Positions 14,409 through 26,360 of a stretch of 64,000 nucleotides of DNA are shown piece after piece. The stretch is from assembly GCA_951406725.2 (NCBI GenBank), contig OX597814.1, forward strand, positions 191,084,001 through 191,148,000, in the 5' to 3' direction. The stretch comes from Octopus vulgaris. Lineage: Eukaryota. How positions within the stretch are numbered: the stretch's first letter is position 1; the number at the start of each line of letters is the position of its first letter. The translations under genes were made by a program, and so were the position numbers. The notes beneath the pieces are model-generated. The model saw only the letters and a program-made list of their open reading frames with translations, was not told the origin of the DNA and made no database searches.

Positions 14409-14648
14409 TATGCTCACGCTGGCTTTTCTTAATTCACGGTTTTCCTCTTGTAAAGTCTTACACTTTAGTTTATAAGTGTCCAGTTCAACTTTGAGCACTT
14501 TATTTTCCTGTTGCAATGAATCAATCCGTTTGGAAAGGATTTGCTCCACCTGTGCAGGTGATGGAGGTTGCATAGTGGGCCCACTACAGCCTCCAACACC
14601 GTCCAAAGAGCTGGTGTCACTCTCCAATTCACTCGCGCTGTCCGCCAT
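14409..14648 (-). CDS. CCDC6: Coiled-coil domain-containing protein 6 (CCDC6/H4), first coding exon
   Basis: Translates [17 protein letters not shown]...[40 protein letters not shown] (80 codons), closely matching the human CCDC6 N-terminus (MADSASESDTD...[39 protein letters not shown]). Ends at a canonical donor ATA|GTAAGT (GT at 14408-14407), phase 0. A second in-frame ATG lies immediately upstream (14651). Exon 2 (QARAEQEEE-like) was not found in 1-14400. Confidence 0.95.
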
Positions 14649-14651
14649 CAT

Positions 14652-15450
14652 GACTAGTACACATACACACACACACACACTACTTTACAGCAGCAGCAGC
14701 ACTACCAATGTCATCATGACTAGTTGTTACATACACACATATACACACACACACTTACGATACTACAAGCGGCGGCGGCAGCAGCAGCGATGCCATGCAC
14801 ACATACCAACGCTGACTGTGTGTAAAGCGCCCTTTCGCTTTGCTGTCAATCTGGACGATGATGATAATGATGCTGATGATGATGATGATTATTGCTACGC
14901 TAATATCGAGTTGCCGGCTCTGCAGTGATGTAGTTTCGTATCTGGTTATGAAACAGAGCTAGTCTCACGCTCACAATTTATTCTAACACAGAACAATTAA
15001 AATCCCATTCTGTTGTGGTCGATGGTGATGTTTATTTATTTTCTTCTTCGTAAACCAAACTCCAATGGAGTCTGCAATAAACTAGACGGCACTGGCACTT
15101 TTCCGTACCTTTAATGCTAAATATCTCACTTGAAAGAAACCAAATAATTATTATATTTATTTTTAAGTAACTTCATAAATTATGAGTACATATATATGTA
15201 TAATTTTTTTTTTCTTTAATTATATTCTAAAATGTTTACTTTTAAATATACAAAAACACTAAAATAGAGTGCAGAATTACTCATTATTAAGTCTTTGGTT
15301 GTTTGATCACTTATATAAAGTAGCGGCGACAAATGTTAAGGAGAATCGATCTTGGAGCTTATTTTCTATTCTTAGTTGACAGGACGACAAAAACGCCAAA
15401 ACTTAGAATTCGCTTTTCTCAAAATGGGTGTTTTTGGTGCCTCATGTAAA
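14652..15450 (-). promoter_or_regulatory. Probable CCDC6 5' UTR / promoter region
   Basis: Unique sequence directly upstream of the start codon, free of SINEs and visibly richer in CpG than most of the window. The TSS position cannot be determined. Confidence 0.5.
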
Positions 15451-15469
15451 GCAATCAAGTTCTGCAGTT

Positions 15470-15710
15470 ACCTTTGAACAAAAAGTTTATCACCCCCGTG
15501 TAGGTGCATAAACTCAGGGAAGCCAATAATCTCCCTCCTTATAGTAAATGAGCTTATATGAGTTATGTGCAAAATGTTGTGATTCTCTTCCCTAATCTTA
15601 CCAAATATGTCTCCTCTCAACTCTGTAAATTCGTTTAGGAACCTTACAAAACTTGACAATTGTCCTAGTATCACAGCATGTGGCATCCCAGCTGAGGAGC
15701 CTACCACCAC
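15470..15710 (-). mobile_element. Possible decayed L1/Tx1-type LINE endonuclease fragment
   Basis: Minus strand gives a VYAPT motif (gtttatgcacctaca) after a stop, typical of APE endonuclease ('VYAP'); the surrounding frames are broken. Confidence 0.35.
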
Positions 15711-16514
15711 AGAATGGAAAAATTGTCATACCATTTAGGCCATTTACCATCCCCTCTGTCTAGTCCCACTGGCTCGAGCAGCAAATTGGTGTTTTCAACT
15801 GCCAGCCCAGGTTTCACTGTTCATCAGGCTGAGAAGGGCAAACTATCAAGGTATCAGCCATTCTCTGTGGGAGTGGAGACCTCCAGTGTTCTCAGCCCTT
15901 GGACTATATCTCTGCTCATTGCTGTCTGATTAGAGATGGCTGTATGCAAATGCAAGCTCCGAGAGTTAGTGTGACTGTTCCAGTGCATCTTCGTCACCGG
16001 GGCAACACCTTTTCCATTTTATCTGTTGGGACCATGAGGTGGTCTGACAATCCTTTTTAGATATTTCTCTGCACTGATCTTGTTATTTTTGGTCAACTTT
16101 TACTGACCCAATACTTTCCTGCAAGGCGCAGTGGTTAGAGCATCAGGCTCACAATCATGAGGTAGTGAGTTCAATTCCTGGACTGGGCTGTGTGTTGTGG
16201 TTCTTGAGCAAAATACTTTGTTTCACATTGCTCCAGTTCATTCAGCTGTAGAAATGAGCTGTGACGCCACTGGTACCAAGCTGTATCAGCCTTTGCCTTT
16301 CCATTGGATAACAACAGTGGCACGAAGAGTGGGGGCTGGTATGCATGTATGCATGCTGATCTTCCCCTCAGAGGGGAACTTTCTAGGTGCAATCCTATGG
16401 TCATTCATGACCGAAGGGGGTCATTTACTCTTCTGCTCACTTTAATCGTCTCTTGACCAGTAGTTCCCAACTTGTTTTCATCCTCAAATATGTTTCACCT
16501 CCAGTGGCTAACTC

Positions 16515-16603
<89 letters not shown>

Positions 16604-17084
16604 GTTTCTGTCTCTCTGTCACATTCTAACATTTCACCTTCTGATACAAGATCGCCTCCTCCAATGACCCTCTCCCCTCTCAAATTTCCTTGTTTTGTAA
16701 GTTACTTGGTGACCCTGCCGGTGCTGGTGCCACATAAAATGCATCTAGTCCACACTGTAAAGTGGTTGGCCTTTGGAAGGGCATCCAGCTGTAAAAACCA
16801 TGCCAAAACTGACCTCACCTGTGCCGGTGCCATGTAAAAGCACTCAGTCCACTCTGCAATGTGGTTGGTGTTAGGTGTTAGGGAGGACGTCCAGCCATAA
16901 AAACCCTGCCAAAACAGACACAGAAGCCTGGTGTAGTCTTCTGCCTGGCCTGTTCCTGTCAAACCGCCCAACCCATATCAGCGTGGAAGGTGGATATTAA
17001 ACGATGATGATGGTGATGATACATACATATATGTGTGTGTGTATACATATATGTGCATGTGTGTGTGTATATATATATATATAT

Positions 17085-17420
17085 GTTGCCAGCCTCGCCT
17101 GATCCCCATGCCGGTGGCACGTAAAAGCACCATCCGTTCGTGTCCGTTGCCAGCCTCGCCTGGCCCCTGTGCCGGTGGACCATAAAAGCACCATCCGTTC
17201 GTGGCCGTTTGCCAGCTCCGTCTGGCACCTGTGCGGGTGGCACATAAAAAGCACCCACTACACTCACGGAGTGGTTGGCGTTAGGAAGGGCATCCAGCCG
17301 TAGAAACACTGCCAGATCAGACTGGGCCTGATGCGGCCTTCCGGCTTCACAGACCCCAGTTGAACCGTCCAACCCATGCTAGCATGGAAAGCGGACACTA
17401 AATGATGATGATGATGATGA

Positions 17421-17425
<5 letters not shown>
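17085..17425 (+). mobile_element. Young RTE-LINE 3' tail copy with three tandem units
   Basis: CpG-rich; three GCCAG..CTGGC / GTGCCGGTGGCACGTAAAAGCACC units, conserved tail and long (GAT)n. A near-identical copy lies in reverse at 30826-31060. An older copy sits adjacent at 16715-17020. Confidence 0.85.
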
Positions 17426-17468
<43 letters not shown>

Positions 17469-17694
17469 ATAAGATCATTAATTTAAATTAAATAACGATC
17501 TTATCAAGTGGCCAGCATGAAGATAAAAACCTTCAAAGGTAATAATTTGAAATTATCCAGTAATTTTTTACTAGTTTTATTTTGTCTTTTTGCCTTCTCT
17601 CCATGTGCTTTTAGGTGGTTTTAGGGTTAGATCATGGCTGCTATTTTCAGCATGGCGGTATCTCATAGATACCCTAAGTTATATATATATATAT

Positions 17695-17727
<33 letters not shown>

Positions 17728-18141
17728 TGTGCTTTGCATCCATTACTTCTATATAATTGTTGCAGCTGCCTGTAGATATATAGAGTGAGCAGCATCTCTA
17801 GGGTGGAAGGAGTGGAAATGGAGTAACATATATGACTGTATATCAGTCCTCCAATCTAGATGGGATTTGTAACATGAGAAGATGAAGAATGCTTTTAAAT
17901 GGTCTTTGCAAATGGGTTTGGTTGCTGTGTCTAACACCAGAAATGACTGACCTTGAGATTTTTCAGTTAATAGTCATTGGCTAGATGTGTACTGTATGGT
18001 TTGTTTCTAAAGAAAAAATTAATGTCATGTTGAATAGGTCTGGTCAGTTCACCTAGACTAGATCAATAGAAAAAAACGTTGCTAGTTTTGAATGCATAGA
18101 AACTATTTGTAGGTTTTGCAACAAAGATCTCAGATAAACTA

Positions 18142-19415
18142 TCAGGTCATCTCATAAGTTCTGTCCGATTTTACCTATTTTTAAATTGAATGAAATTTAA
18201 TAGTATTCTAGAATGTCTAATGGAATTTAAAATTATTTTTATGCATTTGTGTACTTTTAAACTAATTAAAAATTATTTTACAGAATTATAGAATTAAAAT
18301 TTCTTTGATTAAAACTCTTTCTAACATGAAAGCATCCAAAGATCATTTAAGGCACATAATGCTTCGAGTACAAGGAAACTCTGCAGCCAAAGCGACTCGA
18401 AACATACACTCAGTTTATGGAAAAGAATGCTTGAATGAAAGAACTTGCAGAAGATGGTTTGCAAAATTCATAAGTGGAGATTTCAGCTTTGAAGATGAAG
18501 ATTGAACAGGACGTCCAGCTGAGTTTGATGATAAGCTCCTTGAAGCATTACTTGAAGAAAATCCTGCATTATCAGTTGAAGAATTGGCAATAAAGCTTAG
18601 TTCAAACCATACAAATGTTCATCAACATCTTCAACAACTTAAAAAGGTTTCTATTGGAAAATGGGTGCCTCATGAATTGTCCAAAAGCAACCGCAAATCC
18701 TGAGTTGACATTGCTCTTCTCTCCATTCTCGCGAGCTCATTTTGCCCTTTTTGGATAGACTTGTTACTGGTTATAAAAAATGGATCTTCTATCGAAATGT
18801 TAAACGTCGTAAACAGTGGCTTGATAAAAGGGAAAAAGCTCAACCACAACCAAGAAGGGAACTTCATGGAAAAAAGGCTCTTCTTTCTATCTGGTGGGAT
18901 TGCAAAGGAGTAATTCACTTTGAATTGCTACCACCTAATGAAATAATCAATGCTCAAGTCTACTGTCAGCAATTAGAGTGTTTGAACCAAGCTTTGAAGA
19001 AAAAAGACCCGCTTTAGTGAATAAAAAAGGAGTGATGTTTCGTCAGGACAATGTGTGACCCCACACTGCAAAGATCACATCACAGAAAATCGAAGAGCTT
19101 GGTTGGGAAAAATTCCTCATCCACTTTATTCTCCCGACCCTGCTCCTTTAGACTACCATTTGTTTCATAGTTTACAGAATCATTTAGGAGACAACTTTCG
19201 CAAGCCAGGAGGAGGTTGAAACTGACATTTCAGAGTCCTTCACTTTGAAACCAAAAGAGTTTTACATTGATGGGATTAAAAATCTTGTAAATAGATGGAA
19301 GAAAGTCATAGGTAATCAGGGAAAGTACATTGATGATTAAATTTCAATTAAATATAACATTTGATCACTTGTTTTCTTTATTCAAAATTTGAATAGAACT
19401 TAAGGGATGACCTAA
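18142..19415 (+). mobile_element. Full-length mariner (Tc1/mariner) element, inactive
   Basis: TA target duplications at 18140-41 and 19416-17. Imperfect TIRs TCAGGTCATCTCATAAGTTCTGTCC / GAATAGAACTTAAGGGATGACCTAA. About 1.27 kb. Confidence 0.92.
18326..19340 (+). pseudogene. Mariner transposase pseudogene
   Basis: MKASKDHLRHIML..CRRWFAKF (HTH), WVPHEL at ~18662, LVTGYKKW (TGDEKW catalytic Asp mutated), QDNV*PH, YSPDPAP.DYHLF, ending YIDD*. Multiple stops and frameshifts. Confidence 0.92.
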
Positions 19416-19887
19416 TAATATAATCTTCAGTCTGGCTTGGGACTAACTTTGCATTCTTCCAGGTTGTGTTCATTTATGTAAAAGGAAATATTGTAAAGAA
19501 AAATTCCATTTGGTTTGTTGGTTTTGAAGCACAAGAATGATTGACAAAATAGAGTTAAACAGTGCACAAGTATTTTTAGGATTAAACAGGAATCGGTTGT
19601 CAATACATCACAGAATCTGGACTTAGTATAGCTTTGTAAGTTGCAGCTATTTTGATGTGTAAGTTTTTACTATTTTCAGTTTGTAGTAATGGCATTCTCT
19701 TTGATGCACACTGTATCAACTCTGCTGCACCTCAAGGTTTGGTAATATTTCCCACACTCTACCTTCTGTACATTAGAACCCAAGATTTTTTTCAGTTCTG
19801 ACAACATATTCCGAAGTAGATGATACCACCCTTTATGATTTCTTAACCTTCTACACTTATTCAAGCTCTTCACTCCCTATGGAGTAT

Positions 19888-20152
19888 AAAAATAAATAAA
19901 TAAATGTGCCCTTTTAAAGCCTAGCCAGGCTCATGGGCCCGATTTCCCAGTTTTTATGGCGTATGTGTTCCCCAGCTGGACGGGACACCAGTCCATCACA
20001 GCGTTACTCATTTTTGCCAGCTGAGGGGACTGGAGCAACGTGAAATGAAGTGTTTTGCTCAAGAACACAGCGCGTCGCCCTGTCCAGGAATCGAAACCAC
20101 AATCTTACGATCATGATGCTGACACCCTAACCACTAAGCCATGTGCTTCCAC
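19888..20152 (-). mobile_element. tRNA-derived SINE (second family)
   Basis: Reverse complement has head TGGCTTAGTGGTTAGGGTGTCAG..GGTTTCGATTCC (A/B boxes) and an (ATTT)n tail; homologous to 59077-59325. Confidence 0.85.
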
Positions 20153-20997
20153 CTATGGAGTATAAGCCATTGACAAATTCTCTCTAGTGTTCTTGACTCC
20201 AGGCTGTCTCCTGGGGATCAAACAGTGAGTCAGCCTTGCAGCTTCCTTTCAGATTTTGCTGCACTTCATAAGGTCCTCCTCTCTCTCAAGACTTATTGGT
20301 TTTGAATTGTCTTTGTTGTTTCTGTAATTTTACTTTTTCTACATGGTGGTATTGGCCCAGAGGTGGTCCATATCAGTCTGGTCTCTATCCTTTGACCTGT
20401 TCAGCATGGAAGGCCTACCAGGAGCTCATGTTCTACTGACATTGCTCTTGGGATCATTGAGGCATACAAGCCACCACATTGCAACAAGGAGGATTGGACC
20501 TTCTATGCACTGACAACATATATATGCAACCTAAAATTCTCTTGCCAGACCTGTTGTATTGCCATGAACAGATATCTCAACAGCAACATTTTTGTATCTC
20601 ACCCTCTATACACAGGAGCAAAATATAAGAATTTCAAATGTTAGACCTCATCCTCACACCTCAGATGATATCTCATGGTGCATTTGTATTTCAAAAAATA
20701 CAAATGAAATCAAATGTGATTTATTAGAAAAAAAAATTAGGAAAATAGGTAAAAATATTGTAAAAGGCAGTTTTAAAATTTTGAAAGTAAAATGTTTTTA
20801 ATACAAATGAAGACAACATTGACAATTCTCTTAATAACTTTAACAAAAGCAACAATGGTTGCATAGGAGTGGCTGTGTGGTAACCAAAACAGCACCACAA
20901 AGACTAAGCTTTCTCTTTAGTACCAGAAAATGTTTCTATCTTGATCAATAACTGACCTTCTATGAATTTCAAGACCCAGGTTAGAGGGCTGCTCGTA

Positions 20998-21150
20998 TAT
21001 GAGGTGGTATCAAAAAGTTCCTGGACTAGTTACATTTAATTAAAAAAATAACTTATTTACCTAAGTTTTAACATCATCTCCTTCAAAATAGTTACCTTGC
21101 ACAGCAATACACTAGACCGTGTTCCTGCTACTTTTGGAATCCAACCTGAA
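20998..21150. mobile_element. Mariner-like terminal fragment
   Basis: TA-TGAGGTGGTATCAAAAAGTTCCTGGACT resembles mariner TIRs; no partner end was seen. Confidence 0.5.
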
Positions 21151-21879
21151 TTCACTTATACTGTCTCTCCTCTCAGATTTCACACTCAATACTTTTTCCA
21201 GTTCTTCTTTCCCACTTATAACTTCCTAGAGCTACAATGTTCCCTTTAGTCCACATGCTTGCTTATACAATGTAATCATCACTCTGACATACTTTAACCA
21301 ACACTTCACTCAATGACAAGTCTTTCTCAAATCATGCTTTTCAACAATCAAGCATTTAAAACTAAGTCTATAACTAACAAAGGAATCGTACAGCAAGTTT
21401 AATTATTCAGATCAGAGCCATTGCAAACTACAAAGGCTGCTAAAACTGATAGAATTCTGACAGAGATTAAGTTGTAGTTATAAATAATAAATCAGATTTG
21501 TCTTTTGTTCTTTTGAAATTCTTAACTGTTCCATAGGTAACCAATTTCTCTCTACTAAGATATAAAAGAAACTTAGTAAAGTTAAAACAACCTAATTCTA
21601 TGTTATTTCAGTTACAATGTTATATTGGTTCAAAAAACATAACCCCCCCACACACACACAAAATATTGTTACAGGCACAAAATTGGTAACTTCTTAGAGG
21701 AATTGTAAATTCCATAGTCTTTTCAAATGGCTAATAATGTGTTTGCGCGCCACTACTACACACATTGGAAAGCATTGTACAACCAAGCGCTAAAGAAGGT
21801 CTTTCCTCCTCCATGAGACAAAGCTGTTCCCGCTGGATGTCAACCCAGTATTTCTAAGCTACGGACCGAGTGATTTATT

Positions 21880-22264
21880 GTAAGGTTATCAAAAAAGCTT
21901 GAGAGGCAGTTGGATGGAACCTACACTCACCTCCTTATGAGAGCTCAAAATCTCTTGTGGAAGCATCATCCAACCAAAATGCAAATATATGGGAAACTGC
22001 CACCTGTGTCATCTCTTGTGAAAGGTAGAAGAGTCCAGTTTGCTGGACATTGTTGTAGAGCTGAAAACGAGCTAATTTCTACTCTTCTCCTCTGGAAGCC
22101 ATCTACTAGCAACACCAGAGGGTGCACACTCTCCTACCGTGATGTAATCTCCAGGGATACAGGCATCCAGCAACAGGACCTCCGTAATGCTATGATGAAC
22201 TGTGAAGTCTGGTGTAACATAGTAAATTCCATTGTCTCGATCATGGTCAAACAATGATGATGAT
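21880..22264 (+). mobile_element. RTE-group LINE 3' fragment
   Basis: LDGTYTHLLMRAQNLLWKHHPTKMQIYGKLPPVSSLVKGRRVQFAGHC is a typical post-RT RTE region; ends in (ATG)n. Confidence 0.8.
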
Positions 22265-22488
22265 TAGAGGAATAAAAGGATTCTAATTTTGACAAGCCCA
22301 GCAATTTTTTAGTAGGTGGGTGAGATTATTACACCAGCCTCAGTGCTCAACTGGTACTTATTTAATTGGCCCCAAAAAGATGAAAGCAAAAATCAACCTC
22401 TGTGATATTTGAACTCAGAATGTAAAGCTAGAAGAAATACCACTAAGAATTTTGTCTGGCAGCTTGCTGCTTTTAACTTTATTGGTAA

Positions 22489-22835
22489 CTAGCAGTATCG
22501 CCCGGCATTGCTCGGGTTTGTTTCGACCCTTTGGAATTGGAATTTTTGAAAAGTAAAAATTTTGCGTTATGTAGCTTGTTATTCTCTTTAAGTGAACATT
22601 TTTCTGGTTGAAATACATCGAAAAATGGCGACACAGCAGTCAAAAAATTGTAAAAAATAGGGATTTTCATATGGTCCGATTTGAATTTTTTCTTCTACAG
22701 TAGGAAGAGCAAGCCTTCTTCTATCATACTTTCAATTTTGGTCAACTTGCACTGCAGGGTCTCAGAGGAGATAGTTTTAGTTGAAGGCTACCAAACCTGC
22801 CATACACAAACAACTTCAGCTTTATATATATATAT
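22489..22835 (-). mobile_element. Non-autonomous Helitron-like element
   Basis: Minus-strand 3' end has a GC hairpin CCCGAGCAATGCCGGG about 8 nt before CTAG|T; the 5' end is TATATATAAAGCTGAAGTT-type. Confidence 0.7.
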
Positions 22836-24639
22836 GACAATTCAAGTTTGTCTCTAAGGCAAGGGAGAACACAAATGGCAATGGAAAAGGTGTAACAACC
22901 AAGATGTGGTATGCTTGTTAAAGTGTCTGATATAATGAGAGGATCGTTGATGCTAAGTGAACTATGACTCAGGAAGATGAATTTGAAAATTGCTTCTTGG
23001 ATTAGATTTTGTAGAACCCAAAATAATGAAAAGAAACAAGAAAATCTCCTTCAAAAAATGCAAATGAAATCAAATGTGATTTATTAGAAAAAAATTAGGA
23101 AAATAGGTAAAAATATTGTAAAAGGCGGTATTAAACTTTTGAAAGTAAAATGTTTTTAATACAAATAAAGGTAATGTTGACAATTCTCTTAATAATTTTA
23201 ACAAAAGCAACAATGGTAATGCACAGTTCTGTACACACACTTTTGCAAATGTCACAACCAACAAAAACTTCTGGACATAAGCAGATCCCAGTCAAAAAAG
23301 CAAGTTCGACGTAAGTGTCTCGCGAGGAACTTTGTTTCCTTGCCCATGGATTTTATCCAAGAGCAGGCAAATAAGAAGTCAATGTGCCTCTGCCTCATAG
23401 CAAGGAATGAGGTTTCTATGCCTTCTAAAGATGATTTGAAGGAGGTTATTGCTGATGTATGGAACTTTATCATGTCCATTGAATGAGGTAGGGAAATAAA
23501 TTGGATAGTTCACAAGATTCAAATTGTGAATGGTGTACATTTTTGTTCAATTTAATATGGGCTTTATAATTTTTTGAGCTTTTTTTTTGTTATTTTTTTA
23601 ATCTGGAAGAAAGGGTGTGGTTCATGACCTTTACAAGTTCTCCAAGACTGGTTAAACCATTGCAAGTTAACACATGAGCAGGGAGAAGATACCAGAGGGG
23701 TAACATATTGGGGGAAAATGATTGGACATAGGAAAAATGGTTAGTGGAGATGCTGGATGTACTAAGAGTGACAAAAGGAGAGAGGACAAGTGGGTCAGGA
23801 GTATATGTGTGGTGGGGATATGAGACTAGCTGGTTCCAAGGAGCAGAGGTCATTACAGTAGTGATAGTAAAGAGAAAGAGAGGAGACACTAACCTGTGGT
23901 CCAGAGATGGAAGCTGTCTGTAAGTGATTCAATGTCAGACAAAATAGAGTTAATTAATCAATACTAAATATTGATGGTCTTCAAAGCTTATTATTCACTA
24001 AGAATAGGCCTTTGACAAGATACCACACTCTGTTGTCTGTGGTTTGCCAAGAAAACTAGGTGTAGAAAAATGGTTTGTCACAACCATGCAAATCATGTAC
24101 AAGACATACTTTCAGTAAAATAAGCAATGAGATCAGAAAGGAACTTAATGTGTCAGTAAGTATCCATGTGAGCAACTGCATGGTCTGTGGTTCAGACTCA
24201 CCAAGCAACATCTTGAACGAAGGTCTTCTACTGTAGTTCGAGTCCAACAAATACTTTGAGCAAATTGGTTGATAGATAGACAGAAGCCGTATGGATTCTT
24301 GTTGTGTGTGTGTGTGTGTATGCATGTGTACATGTGTGTGTGCCTTTGCATTTATGTTTTGTCCTCCGACAACACATAGCAGTGTTTGTTGCTTTACATC
24401 TCCTAACTTAGTGGTTCAGCAAAAGAGACTGATGGAATAAGTATCAGACTTTAAAAAAAAAAATTTATATATACCCAGGCTTATTCCCCATTTTTTAAGG
24501 AGAGGATAGTCACAACAAGACACACACAAGGTATTCCATTCATTCTCCAACTCAAAGAGATAAGTCCTGTTCTATACTCGGGTCAAGACATAGAATGCAA
24601 CCCCCAATATCAGCAGTGGGGCCCGACAGCATATGCTGG

Positions 24640-25090
24640 TCTACCCCCACCACATCATGCTGGTTTTGTACTCCCTTTGAGCAACATCAAATTCACTCAT
24701 CCGTCCACAAACACTCTCCAAGCTTTCCTATCATTTATGAACTCTCTTGCCTCTCTCACTCCAACACATCTAACCACCAAAGCGTTCCTCACTCCATCCA
24801 TCCAGCCAAACCGAGGTCCACCCCTGGTTCTGCTGCCTACCACTTCTACCTTCATCACCCTCATTACCATCCTCTCCATGTGGCCAAACCACCTCATTTT
24901 GTTTGTTAGTTTTTCTCTCATTCCTGTTTGCCTTCGCACCTCCTCATTCCTCATCCTGTTCATCCATGTCACACCAACCATAGCCCTCAGACATCTCATC
25001 TCAAACACATCAAGCCACCTTCTGTCTGCTTCTCTCAGCCCCCATGTCTCTGCAGCATATAACATTGTCAGCACAATTACACCCCATACA
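24640..25090 (-). mobile_element. RTE LINE 3' fragment
   Basis: MLYAAETWGLREADRRWLDVFEMRCLRAMVGVTWMNRMRNEEVRR..MRWFGHMERM..GSRTRGGPRFGWMDGV is the canonical RTE ORF C-terminus. Confidence 0.88.
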
Positions 25091-25231
25091 CACCTCATAC
25101 ACATACAAGAAAAAAATAAGTACCAGGTTCAATTCATCCGACAAAACCCTTCAAAGCACTGCCCAAGCATGGCAGACGTCTAATGACTGAAACAGCTGAA
25201 AGAAAGAAGATATTCAAATTGACTTTTCAGT

Positions 25232-25540
25232 TTATGTTGTTTGTTCCTTCTCGAGCCATCCCTGGCTCATAGAGCCAGTTTCCCAGTTTCCTTGGCGTAT
25301 AGGTTCCCCACCTGGACAGGACACCGGTCCATTGCATGTGAGCTGCAAGATGCAGGAGGAAAGAATGAGAAAAAGTTGTGGCAAAAGAGTCAGCAGAAGT
25401 TTGCCATTACCTTCTGCCGGAGCCGTGTGGAGCTTAGGTGCTTCGCTCATAAACACACACATCGCCCGGACTGAGATTCGAACCCGCGATCCCTCAATCA
25501 CGAGTCCGCTGCTGTAACCACTAGGCCATGTGCCTCCACA
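25232..25540 (-). mobile_element. tRNA-derived SINE
   Basis: Reverse complement starts GGAGGCACATGGCCTAGTGGTTA..GGGTTCGAATCTC (A/B boxes); related copies at 36218-36500 (+) and 55020-55300 (-). Confidence 0.8.
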
Positions 25541-26360
25541 CTCAGTTTATCTTGAAGTGAGATGGACCTAGACTTGCAGTAGTAATATATTCATTTCAGT
25601 GTCAGATTTTCAATACAAACCACAATTGTTTTGTTTTGAAAGTTACCTAGTTTTTCTCTCAGTTCATTTGTGCTTTGTCGTTTATGTACAATAACATAGG
25701 TGCAGGTGTGGCTCTGTGGTAAGAAGCTTGCTTCCCAGCCACATGGTTCAGGGTTCGGCCCCACTGCATGGCACCTTGGACTAGTGTCTTTCACTATAGC
25801 GTCGGGCCGACCAAAGCCTTGTGAGTGGATTTGGTAGATGGAAACTGAAAGAAGCCCATCGTGTATATAAAAGAGTATGATACCTTGTCAAAGGCCTTCC
25901 CCAGATCAAGGTATAAAAGCTTACTATTTACCAAGAATTTTTCCAGCAGTTGTCTTAAGCAAATGGCATCCGTAATAATCCATCCTATACTCTATGTAAA
26001 CTAATTTTCTCCCTAATTAGTTGTACTATGAACCTTTCTACTACTTTCATAGCTTATGGCTAACTTGGTTGACAGGATCTCTATTCATGGTTATTTTTTC
26101 ACTATCATCAGTTTACAGACTATGGTACTCAGTCAAAGCTCTTTTCTTGGTTGGTGAGTGCTCAGTAGTGTGACTAGCTCTCATAACTTATACAGTTACC
26201 TCATTAAGAAGAAGACATTGGCAGCACCTTATCCTGACACAAACCTAAGCTGTATCTCATGAAAGTTAATTGTCTTCTTAATTAGATTCATGCAATAAAT
26301 ATTTGTTACTCTCATAATTTTGTACCAATTATTGTACTAATATAATTTTGTATCAACTAT

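Noticed and set aside
14476-14928. 150-aa plus-strand ORF overlapping CCDC6 exon 1
   Set aside because: Antisense shadow of the CDS plus trinucleotide repeats; no recognisable protein.
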